Origin: an uncultured cyanobacterium
GTDB taxonomy: Bacteria > Cyanobacteriota > Cyanobacteriia > Pseudanabaenales > Pseudanabaenaceae
Assembly: GCA_963703315.1 (NCBI GenBank)
Contig: OY969811.1
Location: 1,440,001 to 1,504,000 of the forward strand
Reading direction: 5' to 3'
DNA: 64,000 bases
A program made the translations under genes and the position numbers. Each line of letters begins with the position of its first letter. The stretch's first letter is position 1. This document shows positions 21,979 through 32,513 of the stretch, piece after piece. Below the pieces are notes generated by a model. That model searched no databases. It worked only from the letters and a program-made list of their open reading frames with translations, and was not told where the DNA came from.

Positions 21979-23139
21979 CTAGATACCTGCGATCGCCATT
22001 TCAAACGCTTGACAAACAGAAGAAATTGAGAACTTGGTTTGGGCTTGGATATAGGCAGTCTCCACCATTTTTTGAGTTGCTTCGCGATCGCTAAAAATCT
22101 GCTGCATCGCTGCCGCCAGTAATTGTGGATCGTTGGGAGGAACTAATAAACCTGTAACTCGATGTTCGATAATTTCACTAGTACCGCCGCCAATAGTAGC
22201 GATCGCAGGTCTTTTGGATAATTGCGCCTCTACAATGACGCGCCCAAAGGGTTCGGGAGCAGTGGAACAATGGGCGATCGCGTCACAGGCTTTCATTAAA
22301 GCAGGGATATCTTGACGAAAGCCGAGCCAATGTACGCGCCCCTTGAGACTTTCTTGGGCAGCAATATTTTTCAATTTCTCGGTATATTCCGCTTCACCGA
22401 ATAGAGCATCACCGACTAGTAATACATGGACATCAGGGAGTTGACTCGCTGCCTCTAACAAAATATGTTGACCCTTCCAATAGGATAGACGGCTAAACAT
22501 TCCTATCAAGGGGCGATCGCGGGGAATGCCTAACTCTTCTCGCAAAGTTTTTTGATTGTCATTAATCTGATCAAACTTGGCACTATCAAATCCGTTATAG
22601 ACCATGCGTAATAAGCGGTGATTCCCCCCTGCGGCAATAAATGCGTCTCCTGTAGCCTGTGAATTCACAATTACTCGCGTGGCACACCAATTAGCCAATG
22701 TAACGGCGATTTTGCGGTTAGTGGCGCTAAAAATATCGGAGGTTAAGATATCGTGTAAATGCCAAACTACAGGCGCACCACCCAATAATCTGGCGATCGC
22801 CAACACCACAAATCCCTTTTGATTATTGGCATGAATCAAATCGAAGTCTTTGCTTTTGTTTGCAACTTGTTTACCCAGTCGCCAGAGATCACCAATAGAT
22901 TTCAGCGATGCTAATCCACTCGATACTTTGACATCAGCAAGCGATCGCGATGCTCCTAAAACTTCGACCTTTACGCCTAGATCTTCTAGTCGATTTTTTA
23001 AGATGCCATCAGTTAGTAATACCACTTGACTCGTATCGCGATAGGCATGGGCAAAATCGAGCAGACAAAGTTCGCCACCACCTAAAACTGCGGTATAGCT
23101 CACAAATAAAATTTTCTTTGTATTTTTCTTTGTATTCAT
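21979..23139 (-). CDS. Glycosyltransferase family 4
   Basis: GGGE, WHLHD, KGQH, EPFGRVIVEA. Likely start ATG 23139. Confidence 0.9.
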   Translation of the reverse strand: MNTKKNTKKILFVSYTAVLGGGELCLLDFAHAYRDTSQVVLLTDGILKNRLEDLGVKVEVLGASRSLADVKVSSGLASLKSIGDLWRLGKQVANKSKDFDLIHANNQKGFVVLAIARLLGGAPVVWHLHDILTSDIFSATNRKIAVTLANWCATRVIVNSQATGDAFIAAGGNHRLLRMVYNGFDSAKFDQINDNQKTLREELGIPRDRPLIGMFSRLSYWKGQHILLEAASQLPDVHVLLVGDALFGEAEYTEKLKNIAAQESLKGRVHWLGFRQDIPALMKACDAIAHCSTAPEPFGRVIVEAQLSKRPAIATIGGGTSEIIEHRVTGLLVPPNDPQLLAAAMQQIFSDREATQKMVETAYIQAQTKFSISSVCQAFEMAIAGI

Positions 23140-23172
23140 GTCTGGTAGTGTAATCAACTTTGAGTAATTCTT

Positions 23173-23233
23173 TCTAAACAAACTCTAAAGGAAGAATCTT
23201 CACCATGCTACAAGGATGGATTCAGATTAGGAT
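23173..23233 (+). pseudogene. Remnant copy of the kdp upstream repeats and kdpA start
   Basis: tctaaacaaactctaaa equals 26516..26532; ATG 23205 encodes MLQGWIQI, identical to the first 8 residues of KdpA. Confidence 0.75.
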
Positions 23234-23327
23234 AATGAATGGGCTAAAACTGGCAAACGAAATCCAAAAATTGTACTTTAAAATCAATCCCTTTGCGATC
23301 GCGCAGATTCTTGAAGCATAGTAACAC

Positions 23328-23438
23328 CTGTATGGTTTCTGGGATGGCTAGATATAGAATGCGTTTTGGATCTTCTAATTTTAGGGCTAGGCGGTAGTTG
23401 AGGCATTGACCAAGTACTGTATGAAGTTCAGAATTTGT
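23328..23438 (-). pseudogene. XisH family gene fragment
   Basis: Hand translation TNSELHTVLGQCLNYRLALKLEDPKRILYLAIPETIQ resembles the XisH core (ALGQ.LNYR..L....P.R.LYLA). Confidence 0.75.
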
Positions 23439-23472
23439 TTTATAATGAAAGGTGAGGTTATGCAGTGAAAAG

Positions 23473-23709
23473 ATGACGCTAAATAATTTGTTGGAAATAA
23501 AAGGAATTATCCATCGCGATCCTGAAATTATGAGTGGAGTCCCTGTTTTTAAGGGAACTCGTGTTCCTTTGAAAACACTTTTTGACTATCTTGAAGGCGA
23601 TGATGGATTAGCTGAGTTTATTAATGACTTTCCGTATCTCAAGACTCAAACTATGAAGGTTTTAGAAAATGCGGCTAAGTTATTAATCGCTCAGGAACGT
23701 GCTGCTTGA
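23473..23709 (+). CDS. DUF433 antitoxin
   Basis: DPEIMSGVPVFKGTRVP; overlaps the downstream PIN gene. Confidence 0.85.
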   Translation: MTLNNLLEIKGIIHRDPEIMSGVPVFKGTRVPLKTLFDYLEGDDGLAEFINDFPYLKTQTMKVLENAAKLLIAQERAA

Positions 23710-24068
23710 TGTTGATATTAATGGACGAAAATCTACTGAGTAAAAAGCTTAAACAGCCTTTTTTAAGGAGCGGTTTTGATGTTTACAATGTTGATGATAT
23801 GGGATGGCGAGGATTTAAGGATAAAGAAATTCTCGATTTGGCTGAGAAATATCCCTTCGACATTTTTATTACGGCTGACAAAAATCTGCGGTATCAGCAA
23901 AATTTGATTGATAAAGCCTTGAGAATCGTGATTTTAGATACTCGTAGCACTCGCCCTGATTATTTATTGCCGATGATGGAAAAAATCAATAATTTTGTCT
24001 TATCTTTGTCAATTGGAGAAGTAGTATCTATCAACGATGTGGGCGAGATTAAGCGAGATTTTCTGTAA
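23706..24068 (+). CDS. DUF5615 PIN-like toxin (VapC45-type)
   Basis: LMDENL, MGWRGFKDKEIL, FITADKNLRYQQN. Confidence 0.85.
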   Translation: MMLILMDENLLSKKLKQPFLRSGFDVYNVDDMGWRGFKDKEILDLAEKYPFDIFITADKNLRYQQNLIDKALRIVILDTRSTRPDYLLPMMEKINNFVLSLSIGEVVSINDVGEIKRDFL

Positions 24069-24214
24069 TTGTTTTTTAAGATAGGCGATCACATTTTACG
24101 CAAAACAATACTTTTACTGAGATTTATCCCTTTGTGATCGCGCTAATTCTTGCAGGGTGAAAAATCTGCTAAATAAAAATTACAATCAAATTTACACTAT
24201 TCAATTTTAAACTT

Positions 24215-25822
24215 ATGAACTTAGAAGTTGGAAACTTATTAAATAGTCGCTACGAAATTGTAGAAGAATTAAAAGTAGGTGGAATTGGTAAAATTTTTTT
24301 GGCTAAAGATTACTTAAGATTTGATAAGCGCTGCGTGGTGAAACAGTTTATATATGAATATTTTGATGGCAAGCAGGAAATAAGAGAACTATTTCAAGAA
24401 GAAGCAAGAATTCTTTTAAAACTTGAAAACTACTCACAGACACCCAATTTACTTGCCTATATTCACGAAAAAGATTGTATGGTGCAAGAATTAATTCATG
24501 GTCAAAATCTTGAAGACGAACTGAGACAGGATGGTAAATTCAGCGAACAAAAAGTTTTAGACCTGCTTGCTGAAATATTACCTGTATTAGAGTTTGTACA
24601 TAATCAAGGTATTATTCATAAAGATATTAAGCCATCTAACGTTATGAGGAAAGAACCAAGTGGCAAGCTAGTATTACTTGATTTTGGTATTTCTAAAAGA
24701 CTATATGAAAATCAAATAAATTCAACTATTGAAGACAAAAATAACAAGCTTGCGACTCAAAAAAACTATAGCTTTCCAGATGGAACTGGAGGTTATCAAG
24801 CACCAGATCGTCATTCCTCTTTTTCTAGCGATCTCTATTCGCTGGGAGCTACTTGTGTTCAACTGCTAACTGGAATACCCCCAGAGGATCTACAGATTCT
24901 TTATGCTGATTCATGGATAGACATTGTTAAGGCGAATATTTCAGATAACACCTATAAAATTATTGAAAAATTATTGGCAACTAATCCACTAGACCGTTTC
25001 CAGACAGCCCAAGATGCTATTCGGGAGCTTGAAAATATAGAGTATATAAAACGCAAGAATAACGTTAGTCTTTCAACATCATTACTATCTTCTCCTGTTA
25101 ATCACTACAAATTTCAAGCAATTAACACTCTAGCTGAATTAAGTGAGGATGCACAAATAGCCATTCCCCATCTTATTAAGTTACTCAAATCCCAAGATTA
25201 TCAGATAAATTCAGGTGCATTGAGTACTTTAGTGAAAATTGGCTCAGAGGCAGTTTTACCTCTTGTAGATCTACTCGAAGAGCAAAGAGTAGATCTACGA
25301 AAAAATGCGATTTGTGCATTAGAAGGAATTGGGAAAGATGCTTTAGCTGCAACATCTAAAATAATTGAATTACTAGAAGATCCAGAAGGTGAAATTCGCT
25401 GGTATGCAACTATTGCAATAGGTAAGATAGGTTCGTCAGCGAAGAAAGCAATTCCTTCTCTTATTAAAAGACTTAGAGATGAGAAAGCTGGTGTTCGAGC
25501 ATACGCAGCATGGGCGTTAGGAAAAATAGGAATAGAAGCCAAAGATGCTTTACCAATAATGCTTGAAACATTAAGGGATGAAAAAAATGAACATTCATTT
25601 TTGGCAGTATTAGAGGCACTTGAAGTGATTGGTTATGACATCACTTCAATTAATATTAGTTATGAGAATGATGGAACAACAAAAAATGCAAAAGAGCATA
25701 TTACATATCAGAGAGAAGAACAACGTAAAGATTTAGAAACAAAAAAAATGGGTGGGGGTATCGTGATAAACCAGCGACGACCACTTAGCGCCAATACTCC
25801 TCCGCAGAAAACTGATTTGTAG
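24215..25822 (+). CDS. Ser/Thr protein kinase with C-terminal HEAT repeats
   Basis: GGIGKIF, CVVKQ, HKDIKPSN, DFG, SDLYSLG; about 5 repeats of A..ALGKIG..A..AIP.L. Confidence 0.9.
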   Translation: MNLEVGNLLNSRYEIVEELKVGGIGKIFLAKDYLRFDKRCVVKQFIYEYFDGKQEIRELFQEEARILLKLENYSQTPNLLAYIHEKDCMVQELIHGQNLEDELRQDGKFSEQKVLDLLAEILPVLEFVHNQGIIHKDIKPSNVMRKEPSGKLVLLDFGISKRLYENQINSTIEDKNNKLATQKNYSFPDGTGGYQAPDRHSSFSSDLYSLGATCVQLLTGIPPEDLQILYADSWIDIVKANISDNTYKIIEKLLATNPLDRFQTAQDAIRELENIEYIKRKNNVSLSTSLLSSPVNHYKFQAINTLAELSEDAQIAIPHLIKLLKSQDYQINSGALSTLVKIGSEAVLPLVDLLEEQRVDLRKNAICALEGIGKDALAATSKIIELLEDPEGEIRWYATIAIGKIGSSAKKAIPSLIKRLRDEKAGVRAYAAWALGKIGIEAKDALPIMLETLRDEKNEHSFLAVLEALEVIGYDITSINISYENDGTTKNAKEHITYQREEQRKDLETKKMGGGIVINQRRPLSANTPPQKTDL

Positions 25823-25849
25823 GATATATATTTTTTGCATTTTAAGATT

Positions 25850-26380
25850 TCAAATCAAAGTAAATCCTTCGGGAATATGTTCGATCGCATTGGCAACTGC
25901 ATCAAGATAATCGTCAAACTCCATTCCATGCGCCTTAGCAAACAACCTCAGCGTATCCGCCTTAGTGCTACCCTCACCCTTCTCAATGCGACTGACTTGG
26001 CGCTCTGATAAGCCGATAATATCTGACTGACGCAGTTTATATTTTTTGCGTAAAGTCGCGATCGCCTTGCCAAACACTTGATCGTGAGTTGACTTGAGAG
26101 CATCAAATTTTTGCTTCCATTTAGGATCGGTTACATAACGGAAAGCATCAAGATCGAGATGAATATCTGCACTTTCCCAATAAAGATAACTACCATCATC
26201 AGCGATCGCAAAGTTGCTACGTTCGCTGGTGGGAATACGCTTTAAAGCTGGTAATGAAGAAAAGGGAACTTCAAATTTTTCCATGCTACAACTAAACACC
26301 AACAAGCGATCGTCAATCACAGTTGCTTCAGCAATTAATTGTTCCTGCGCTTCCATAGTTGAGGTAATAGTATTTTGCAT
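25850..26380 (-). CDS. DUF2442-like + XRE HTH protein
   Basis: DDGSYLYWESADIHLD; LRKKYKLRQSDI.GLSERQVSRIEKG. Confidence 0.75.
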   Translation of the reverse strand: MQNTITSTMEAQEQLIAEATVIDDRLLVFSCSMEKFEVPFSSLPALKRIPTSERSNFAIADDGSYLYWESADIHLDLDAFRYVTDPKWKQKFDALKSTHDQVFGKAIATLRKKYKLRQSDIIGLSERQVSRIEKGEGSTKADTLRLFAKAHGMEFDDYLDAVANAIEHIPEGFTLI

Positions 26381-26515
26381 AATTTTATGATTTAGGCGAT
26401 CAAATATTTATAGGCAACTATTTGAGATATTAGCCAATTATATATGAACAGAAAATTTTCGTATGGAATCTAGCTGACAAAAGTGATATTGCTTCCTTAA
26501 AATGAGCGATCTCCA

Positions 26516-26544
26516 TCTAAACAAACTCTAAACACAGTCTAAAC
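26516..26544 (+). promoter_or_regulatory. Three TCTAAAC direct repeats at 11-bp period upstream of kdpA (putative response-regulator site)
   Basis: Copies at 26516, 26527 and 26538; a fourth at 26594. Confidence 0.55.
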
Positions 26545-26697
26545 GGATCGATTTTCTTAGGTGTAGAACCTAGATGTTAGTAAGGAAGAACTTTCTAAAC
26601 GCAAAGATATACCTTGTCAAGGGGAAAAAATGGATCGATGATTTGAGGGTTAGGAGCATATTCCCAACACTTCATCGATCGCAAGAGAAGAATCACC

Positions 26698-28404
26698 ATG
26701 CTACAAGGATGGATACAGATAGGAATTACGCTGGTGCTGATTGTGGCGATCGCCCCGATCCTTGGCAGCTACATCGCACGGGTGTTTCTAGGACAAAAGA
26801 CAATATTAGATTCATTTTTAAATCCATTGGAGAGTTTAATTTTTAACCTCAGTGGAATTAATACGGCAAGGCAAGAATCAAGCCAAATGACAGGATGGCA
26901 GTATGCTCGCGCTGTTTTACTGAGCAATCTTGCTATGGCAATCCTGATGTTCTTGCTGCTAATGTTTCAGGGGATATTGCCCTTTAACGTTACGAATCTA
27001 AGCGCTCCTAGTTGGGATTTAGCGTTACATACAACGATTTCGTTTATCACGAATACTAATCAACAGCATTACTCTGGCGAAACTGCTCTGAGTTATTCCA
27101 CGCAGATATTTGGGATTGCTTTCTTGATGTTTACTTCCGCAGCGACTGGACTTGCAGTAGGAATTGCTTTTATTCGTGGTTTAAGCGGTAGATCTTTGGG
27201 TAATTTCTATGTGGATCTAACCAAAGCTATTACCCGCATTCTTTTACCAATTAGTATCATTGGTGCTGTTATATTTATCGCCGCAGGGGTTCCTGAGACT
27301 CTGTCAGCACCCGTTATTGTGCCGACTTTAGAAGATCCAAATATCAGTCAGGCGATCGCGATCGGACCAGTGGCACATTTCGAGATAATCAAGCAACTCG
27401 GTGAAAATGGCGGTGGTTTTTTTGGAGTCAATTCGGCTCATCCCTTTGAGAATCCTAACGGCTTCACGAATCTGATTCAGATTTTGACGATGATTTCAAT
27501 TCCAACCGCTCTAATTTTTACCTATGGAGAAATAGCGAACAGTCGCAAGCAAGCATGGCTGATATTTGGGATGGTGTTCATTCTTTATGTTGCCTTTATT
27601 GTCGTGGTAGGAATTGGGGAATATCAGGGTAACCCTCTTGTCAATACATTACTTAGCTCACAGAGTCCAAATCTAGAAGGGAAAGAAGTGCGCTTTGGTT
27701 GGGCGCAATCGGCTTTATTTGCAGTAACGACAACGGGAACGATGACGGGAGCTATTAACTCCATGCATGATTCCCTGATGCCCAGTGGTGGCTTTATTAC
27801 ATTGTCAAATATGTTTCTCCAAATCATTTGGGGTGGACAGGGAACAGGCACTGCTTACCTATTCGCCTACTCGATTTTGGCGGTATTTGTCACTGGCTTA
27901 ATGGTTGGTCGCACTCCTGAATTTCTGGGACGCAAGATCGAGAAGAATGAAGTGGTTTTGACTAGTTTCTTAATCTTATTAATTCATCCCATTTTTATTC
28001 TTATTCCCAGTGCGATCGCCTTAGCATTCCCAGATCAATTAGCAGGCATCAGCAATTCAGGATTTCATGGACTTTCGCAGGTGGTTTATGAATATGCTTC
28101 GGCAGCAGCAAATAATGGCTCTGGCTTTGAAGGTTTAGGCGACAACACACTTTGGTGGAATCTCAGTACTTCCGTTAGCTTACTAGGAGGTCGTTATGTG
28201 CCAATTATTGCTTTACTGTTATTAGCCGATGGAATGTCTCGTAAACAGCCAGTCGCCATGACCACAGGCACACTTCGCACTGATACTGTTCTATTTACTA
28301 GCGTTACCGCAGGCGTAATTTTGGTGATGGGTGCATTAACCTTCTTTCCCGTACTTGCCCTAGGTCCTGTTGCCGAAGCATTTCTGATTGCTAGAGGTGG
28401 CTAA
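26698..28404 (+). CDS. kdpA: K+-transporting ATPase subunit A
   Basis: [39 protein letters not shown]. Confidence 0.97.
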   Translation: MLQGWIQIGITLVLIVAIAPILGSYIARVFLGQKTILDSFLNPLESLIFNLSGINTARQESSQMTGWQYARAVLLSNLAMAILMFLLLMFQGILPFNVTNLSAPSWDLALHTTISFITNTNQQHYSGETALSYSTQIFGIAFLMFTSAATGLAVGIAFIRGLSGRSLGNFYVDLTKAITRILLPISIIGAVIFIAAGVPETLSAPVIVPTLEDPNISQAIAIGPVAHFEIIKQLGENGGGFFGVNSAHPFENPNGFTNLIQILTMISIPTALIFTYGEIANSRKQAWLIFGMVFILYVAFIVVVGIGEYQGNPLVNTLLSSQSPNLEGKEVRFGWAQSALFAVTTTGTMTGAINSMHDSLMPSGGFITLSNMFLQIIWGGQGTGTAYLFAYSILAVFVTGLMVGRTPEFLGRKIEKNEVVLTSFLILLIHPIFILIPSAIALAFPDQLAGISNSGFHGLSQVVYEYASAAANNGSGFEGLGDNTLWWNLSTSVSLLGGRYVPIIALLLLADGMSRKQPVAMTTGTLRTDTVLFTSVTAGVILVMGALTFFPVLALGPVAEAFLIARGG

Positions 28405-28444
28405 AAAGGGATTGGAACGAATTAACAGTAATTTTTAAAACTCT

Positions 28445-30538
28445 ATGAATAACACTCCATCATCTTCTAAAAAACGAGAACTTGGCAGTACTCGTGATTC
28501 CCGTAGACATACGCCAAAAGTGTCAATGACGGGACTTTATCAACGCGCTGTTCGTGATGCCTTCCGTAAACTAAATCCCAAGATTGCGGTGCGAAATCCT
28601 GTCATGTTTATGGTTTGGGTCGGTACGATTGTGACCTTGCTAGTTACGCTCGATCCCAATCTCTTCGGTAATGTGCAAGGTGATCCCAATCAAGAACGGA
28701 TTCTCAATGGAGCAATTACCGTAATTCTCTTTTTGACGGTAGTATTCGCCAACTTTGCGGAGGCGATCGCTGAGGGACGTGGTAAAGCTCAGGCTGACTC
28801 ATTACGCACTACGCGATCGGATACGATCGCCCGTAAAATGTTACCCGATGGTTCGATTGAGCCAACTAGCTCCACAGAATTGCGGCGGGGCGACTTAATC
28901 AAAGTAGCGATCTGGGAAATGATTCCTGCGGATGGAGAGGTGATTGCGGGACTAGCATCAGTCGATGAGTCAGCGATCACAGGTGAATCGGCTCCCGTTC
29001 TCAAACAACCAGGGACAGATATTGCTAGCTCGGTTACAGGTGGCACTCGCGTAGTTTCCGATGAATTGACGATCAAGATTTCGGCTGATCCCGGACAGGG
29101 ATTCATTGATCGCATGATTGCCCTTGTAGAAGGAGCCGAACGCACAAAAACGCCTAATGAGATTGCTTTAACGGTGCTGCTAACGGTGCTGACTCAAGTA
29201 TTTCTAATTGTGGTCGCCACGATGACCCCGATCTCTAACTATGTGAATACCCCCACCACCATTGCAATTTTAATCTCTCTCTTAGTTGCTCTGATTCCCA
29301 CCACGATTGGGGGATTGCTGAGTGCGATCGGCATTGCAGGCATGGATCGCGTCGCCCAGTTTAATGTGATTGCCACATCAGGTCGTGCTGTCGAAGCTTG
29401 CGGTGATATTAATACCCTCGTTCTCGACAAAACAGGCACAATTACCCTCGGCAATCGCTTAGCCGATGAATTTATCCCTGTCAATGGGCATTCTCTTGCA
29501 GAAGTTGCCACGGTTGCCCTCGCAGCCAGTATCTTTGATGAAACTCCAGAAGGACGATCAATTGTCCAGCTAGCTGAACAGTTAGGGGCGATCGCTAATT
29601 TTGATCGAACCCAAGCCAAAGGTATTGATTTCTCGGCTCGTACTCGCATGAGTGGCACAGATTTACCTGATAGTATTGAAGTTCGCAAAGGTGCTGTGGA
29701 TGCGATTCGTGGTTTTGTGCGATCGCGATCAGGTGAAGTACCTGAAGAATTTGAAACTGCATACGAGAAAGTCTCAAGGCTCGGTGGTACTCCTTTGGGA
29801 ATCTGTCAGGGCGGCGATCTTTATGGGGTAATTTATCTCAAGGATATTGTCAAATCAGGACTGCGAGAGAGATTCGATCAACTACGGCGGATGGGTGTAC
29901 GCACAATCATGCTCACGGGTGACAACCAAATTACTGCCTCCGTAATTGCCGAAGAAGCAGGAGTTGATGACTTCATCGCTGAGGCAACCCCCGAAGACAA
30001 AATCGAAGTTATTCGTCGAGAACAGTCTCAGGGTAAATTAGTCGCCATGACAGGCGATGGCACAAATGATGCGCCTGCATTGGCTCAAGCAAATGTTGGT
30101 GTTGCCATGAACTCAGGTACACAAGCCGCTAAGGAAGCTGCGAATATGGTGGATTTGGATAGCGATCCGACTAAGCTAATTGACTTAGTAGCGATCGGTA
30201 AACAATTGCTGATTACTCGCGGCGCATTGACCACCTTCTCGATCGCCAATGACATCGCTAAGTACTTTGCAATCATTCCGACGATCTTTGCCACATCAGG
30301 TATTGGTGCATTAAATATTATGGGTTTAAAAAGTCCCCAATCCGCAATTCTTTCGGCATTAATTTACAACGCTCTGATTATTCCTGCCCTAATTCCCCTT
30401 GCTCTCAAAGGTGTAAAATTCCGTCCTCTCACCGCCGATCAGCTACTACAGCGTAATATTCTGCTGTATGGGCTAGGCGGCGTAATCGCTCCATTTATTG
30501 CCATTAAATTAATTGATGTTTTACTACCCATCACTTGA
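28445..30538 (+). CDS. kdpB: K+-transporting ATPase subunit B
   Basis: [26 protein letters not shown]. Confidence 0.97.
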   Translation: MNNTPSSSKKRELGSTRDSRRHTPKVSMTGLYQRAVRDAFRKLNPKIAVRNPVMFMVWVGTIVTLLVTLDPNLFGNVQGDPNQERILNGAITVILFLTVVFANFAEAIAEGRGKAQADSLRTTRSDTIARKMLPDGSIEPTSSTELRRGDLIKVAIWEMIPADGEVIAGLASVDESAITGESAPVLKQPGTDIASSVTGGTRVVSDELTIKISADPGQGFIDRMIALVEGAERTKTPNEIALTVLLTVLTQVFLIVVATMTPISNYVNTPTTIAILISLLVALIPTTIGGLLSAIGIAGMDRVAQFNVIATSGRAVEACGDINTLVLDKTGTITLGNRLADEFIPVNGHSLAEVATVALAASIFDETPEGRSIVQLAEQLGAIANFDRTQAKGIDFSARTRMSGTDLPDSIEVRKGAVDAIRGFVRSRSGEVPEEFETAYEKVSRLGGTPLGICQGGDLYGVIYLKDIVKSGLRERFDQLRRMGVRTIMLTGDNQITASVIAEEAGVDDFIAEATPEDKIEVIRREQSQGKLVAMTGDGTNDAPALAQANVGVAMNSGTQAAKEAANMVDLDSDPTKLIDLVAIGKQLLITRGALTTFSIANDIAKYFAIIPTIFATSGIGALNIMGLKSPQSAILSALIYNALIIPALIPLALKGVKFRPLTADQLLQRNILLYGLGGVIAPFIAIKLIDVLLPIT

Positions 30539-30541
30539 ACC

Positions 30542-30733
30542 ATGAAAAAGACATATCCCAAATATCTATTCTTTGCCCTCTGCCTTAACCTAATTGTGGC
30601 TCCCGCAGTCTATGCCGCCAATGCTGAAAGCTTCACCAAATTCCAAGCCTATGCGCTAGGACTCTTAGCAATTGTCACCTTCGCCTTCTCCATCTATCTA
30701 TTTGTCGTCATGTTTCAACCAGAGAAGTTCTAA
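30542..30733 (+). CDS. KdpF-like small subunit with N-terminal extension (KdpG type)
   Basis: C-terminal YLFVVMFQPEKF KdpF motif; two hydrophobic segments; between kdpB and kdpC. Confidence 0.8.
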   Translation: MKKTYPKYLFFALCLNLIVAPAVYAANAESFTKFQAYALGLLAIVTFAFSIYLFVVMFQPEKF

Positions 30734-30737
30734 ATCT

Positions 30738-31328
30738 ATGAATGAAATTATTAAAGCTATTCGTGCCACTCTTGTGCTTTGGGTACTCGTTGCCGTCATC
30801 TATCCCTTGGGAATGTTAGCGATCGCGCAGTTACCATTTCTCTCTTATCAAGCCAATGGCAGCCTCATCCGTAATGCTCAAGGGCAAGTTGTCGGCTCAG
30901 CTCTGATTGGACAACCATTTACAAGCGATCGCTATTTCAACAGCCGCCCCAGCACCACAAACTACAGCACCGCCGATCCGAAAGCGGATACAGCGAATAT
31001 TCTCAAAACGGGTGTTTCAGGTGCAAGCAACCTCGCGCCAAGCAATCCTGATTTGCTGAAGAGAGTTAAAACGGATATATCTAAACTCCAACAATCAGGA
31101 ATCTCAGCAACTGGTGATCTGATCTATACTTCTGGTTCTAGCCTTGACCCACATATCAGCCCTGAATCCGCAAAAGCGCAAGTTGCCAGAATTGCTCAAG
31201 TCCGCAAAGTTGAACCTAGCCAACTCGAAAAGTTAATCGATCAAAATAGCGATCGCCGTTTTCTCGGTATCTTTGGCGAAGATGGCGTAAATGTCTTGAA
31301 GTTAAATTTAGCTTTAGATGCTTTATGA
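30738..31328 (+). CDS. kdpC: K+-transporting ATPase subunit C
   Basis: QANGSL, GSALIGQ, SGASN, SGSSLDPHIS, VNVLKLNLALD; start ATG 30738. Confidence 0.95.
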   Translation: MNEIIKAIRATLVLWVLVAVIYPLGMLAIAQLPFLSYQANGSLIRNAQGQVVGSALIGQPFTSDRYFNSRPSTTNYSTADPKADTANILKTGVSGASNLAPSNPDLLKRVKTDISKLQQSGISATGDLIYTSGSSLDPHISPESAKAQVARIAQVRKVEPSQLEKLIDQNSDRRFLGIFGEDGVNVLKLNLALDAL

Positions 31329-32428
31329 TTAAAACCCATCGGCGAGGCAAGCATAAAATCTTTATTGGCATGAGTCCGGGGGTTGGCAAAACCTATCGAA
31401 TGCTGGAGGAAGGGCATCGACTACGTGCTGAAGGCATTGATGTTGTGATTGGTTTACTCGAAACTCATAATCGTGCTGAAACTGCCGAAAAAGCGATCGG
31501 CTTAGAACTAGTTCCCCGTCAACAGATTAACTGGGAATCGGTCATCCTTACAGAAATGGATACGGAGGCGATTCTCAAACGTCAACCACAACTCGCTCTA
31601 GTCGATGAATTAGCGCATACTAACGTCCCCAATGCTGAACGAGAAAAGCGCTATCAAGATGTAGAAATTCTCCTAGAAGCAGGAATTGATGTTTATTCCA
31701 CTGTGAATATTCAACATATCGAAAGCCTCAATGACACCGTAGCAAAGATTACGGGTGTGATTGTGCGGGAGCGCATACCCGATCGCGTTTTAGAAGATGC
31801 CGATGAAGTAGTAGTGGTTGATGTCACACCTGAAACCCTACAAGAACGTCTACGGGATGGCAAAATCTATGCTCCAGAAAAGATTGATCAATCTTTAAAC
31901 AACTTTTTTCAGCGTCGCCATTTGATTGCTTTGCGAGAACTTGCGCTGCGGGAAATTGCAGATAACATCGAGGATGATCTCGAATCCCATGAACAGTCAG
32001 GTTCTTCCTCAAGTCTTATTTGTAATATTCATGAACGGGTTTTAGTCTGCGTTTCCACCTATCCCAATTCGCTGCAATTACTGAGAAGAGGCGCAAGGAT
32101 TGCCAACTATATGCACGCACAGCTTTATGTTCTGTTTGTCGATGATCCCGATCGCTTTTTGACGAAAGCTGAAAGTCTACATATCGAAACCTGCGAGAGG
32201 CTTTGCAAGGAATTTGAAGGTACATTTATCCGAGTGCGTAATAGCCATGCTTTAGAAGCGATCGTTGATACTTCAAAAAACTATCGCATCACCCAAATCG
32301 TGATGGGGGAAAGTCAAAAATCACGCTGGCAGATTTTTTTTAAAGGCTCACTTACCCAAAGAATTCTCAGGCTTCTCAAAAATGTAGATATCCATATCAT
32401 TGCTACTAGTAAAAGTTCTGATTTGTAG
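31325..32428 (+). CDS. kdpD: Short KdpD (KdpD + Usp domains only; no TM or kinase domain)
   Basis: GMSPGVGKTY, VDELAHTN, LRELALR; 367 aa. Confidence 0.9.
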   Translation: MIKTHRRGKHKIFIGMSPGVGKTYRMLEEGHRLRAEGIDVVIGLLETHNRAETAEKAIGLELVPRQQINWESVILTEMDTEAILKRQPQLALVDELAHTNVPNAEREKRYQDVEILLEAGIDVYSTVNIQHIESLNDTVAKITGVIVRERIPDRVLEDADEVVVVDVTPETLQERLRDGKIYAPEKIDQSLNNFFQRRHLIALRELALREIADNIEDDLESHEQSGSSSSLICNIHERVLVCVSTYPNSLQLLRRGARIANYMHAQLYVLFVDDPDRFLTKAESLHIETCERLCKEFEGTFIRVRNSHALEAIVDTSKNYRITQIVMGESQKSRWQIFFKGSLTQRILRLLKNVDIHIIATSKSSDL

Positions 32429-32513
32429 AGTCAAGACATAAATAGCTGCGGCGCTAAGCGCCGCAGCTATTTATGTCTTGACTTGCTTGGCTATGGCAAA
32501 AAACTTTGTCTAG

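Noticed and set aside
26574..26846. 90-aa ORF upstream of and overlapping kdpA as kdpF
   Set aside because: Not hydrophobic and overlaps kdpA out of frame; the KdpF motif is at 30542..30733.
30542..32428. kdpG-type ORF and truncated kdpD as a novelty or pseudogene
   Set aside because: A kdpABGC(D) layout with a naturally short KdpD is already described in Anabaena; the ORFs are intact.
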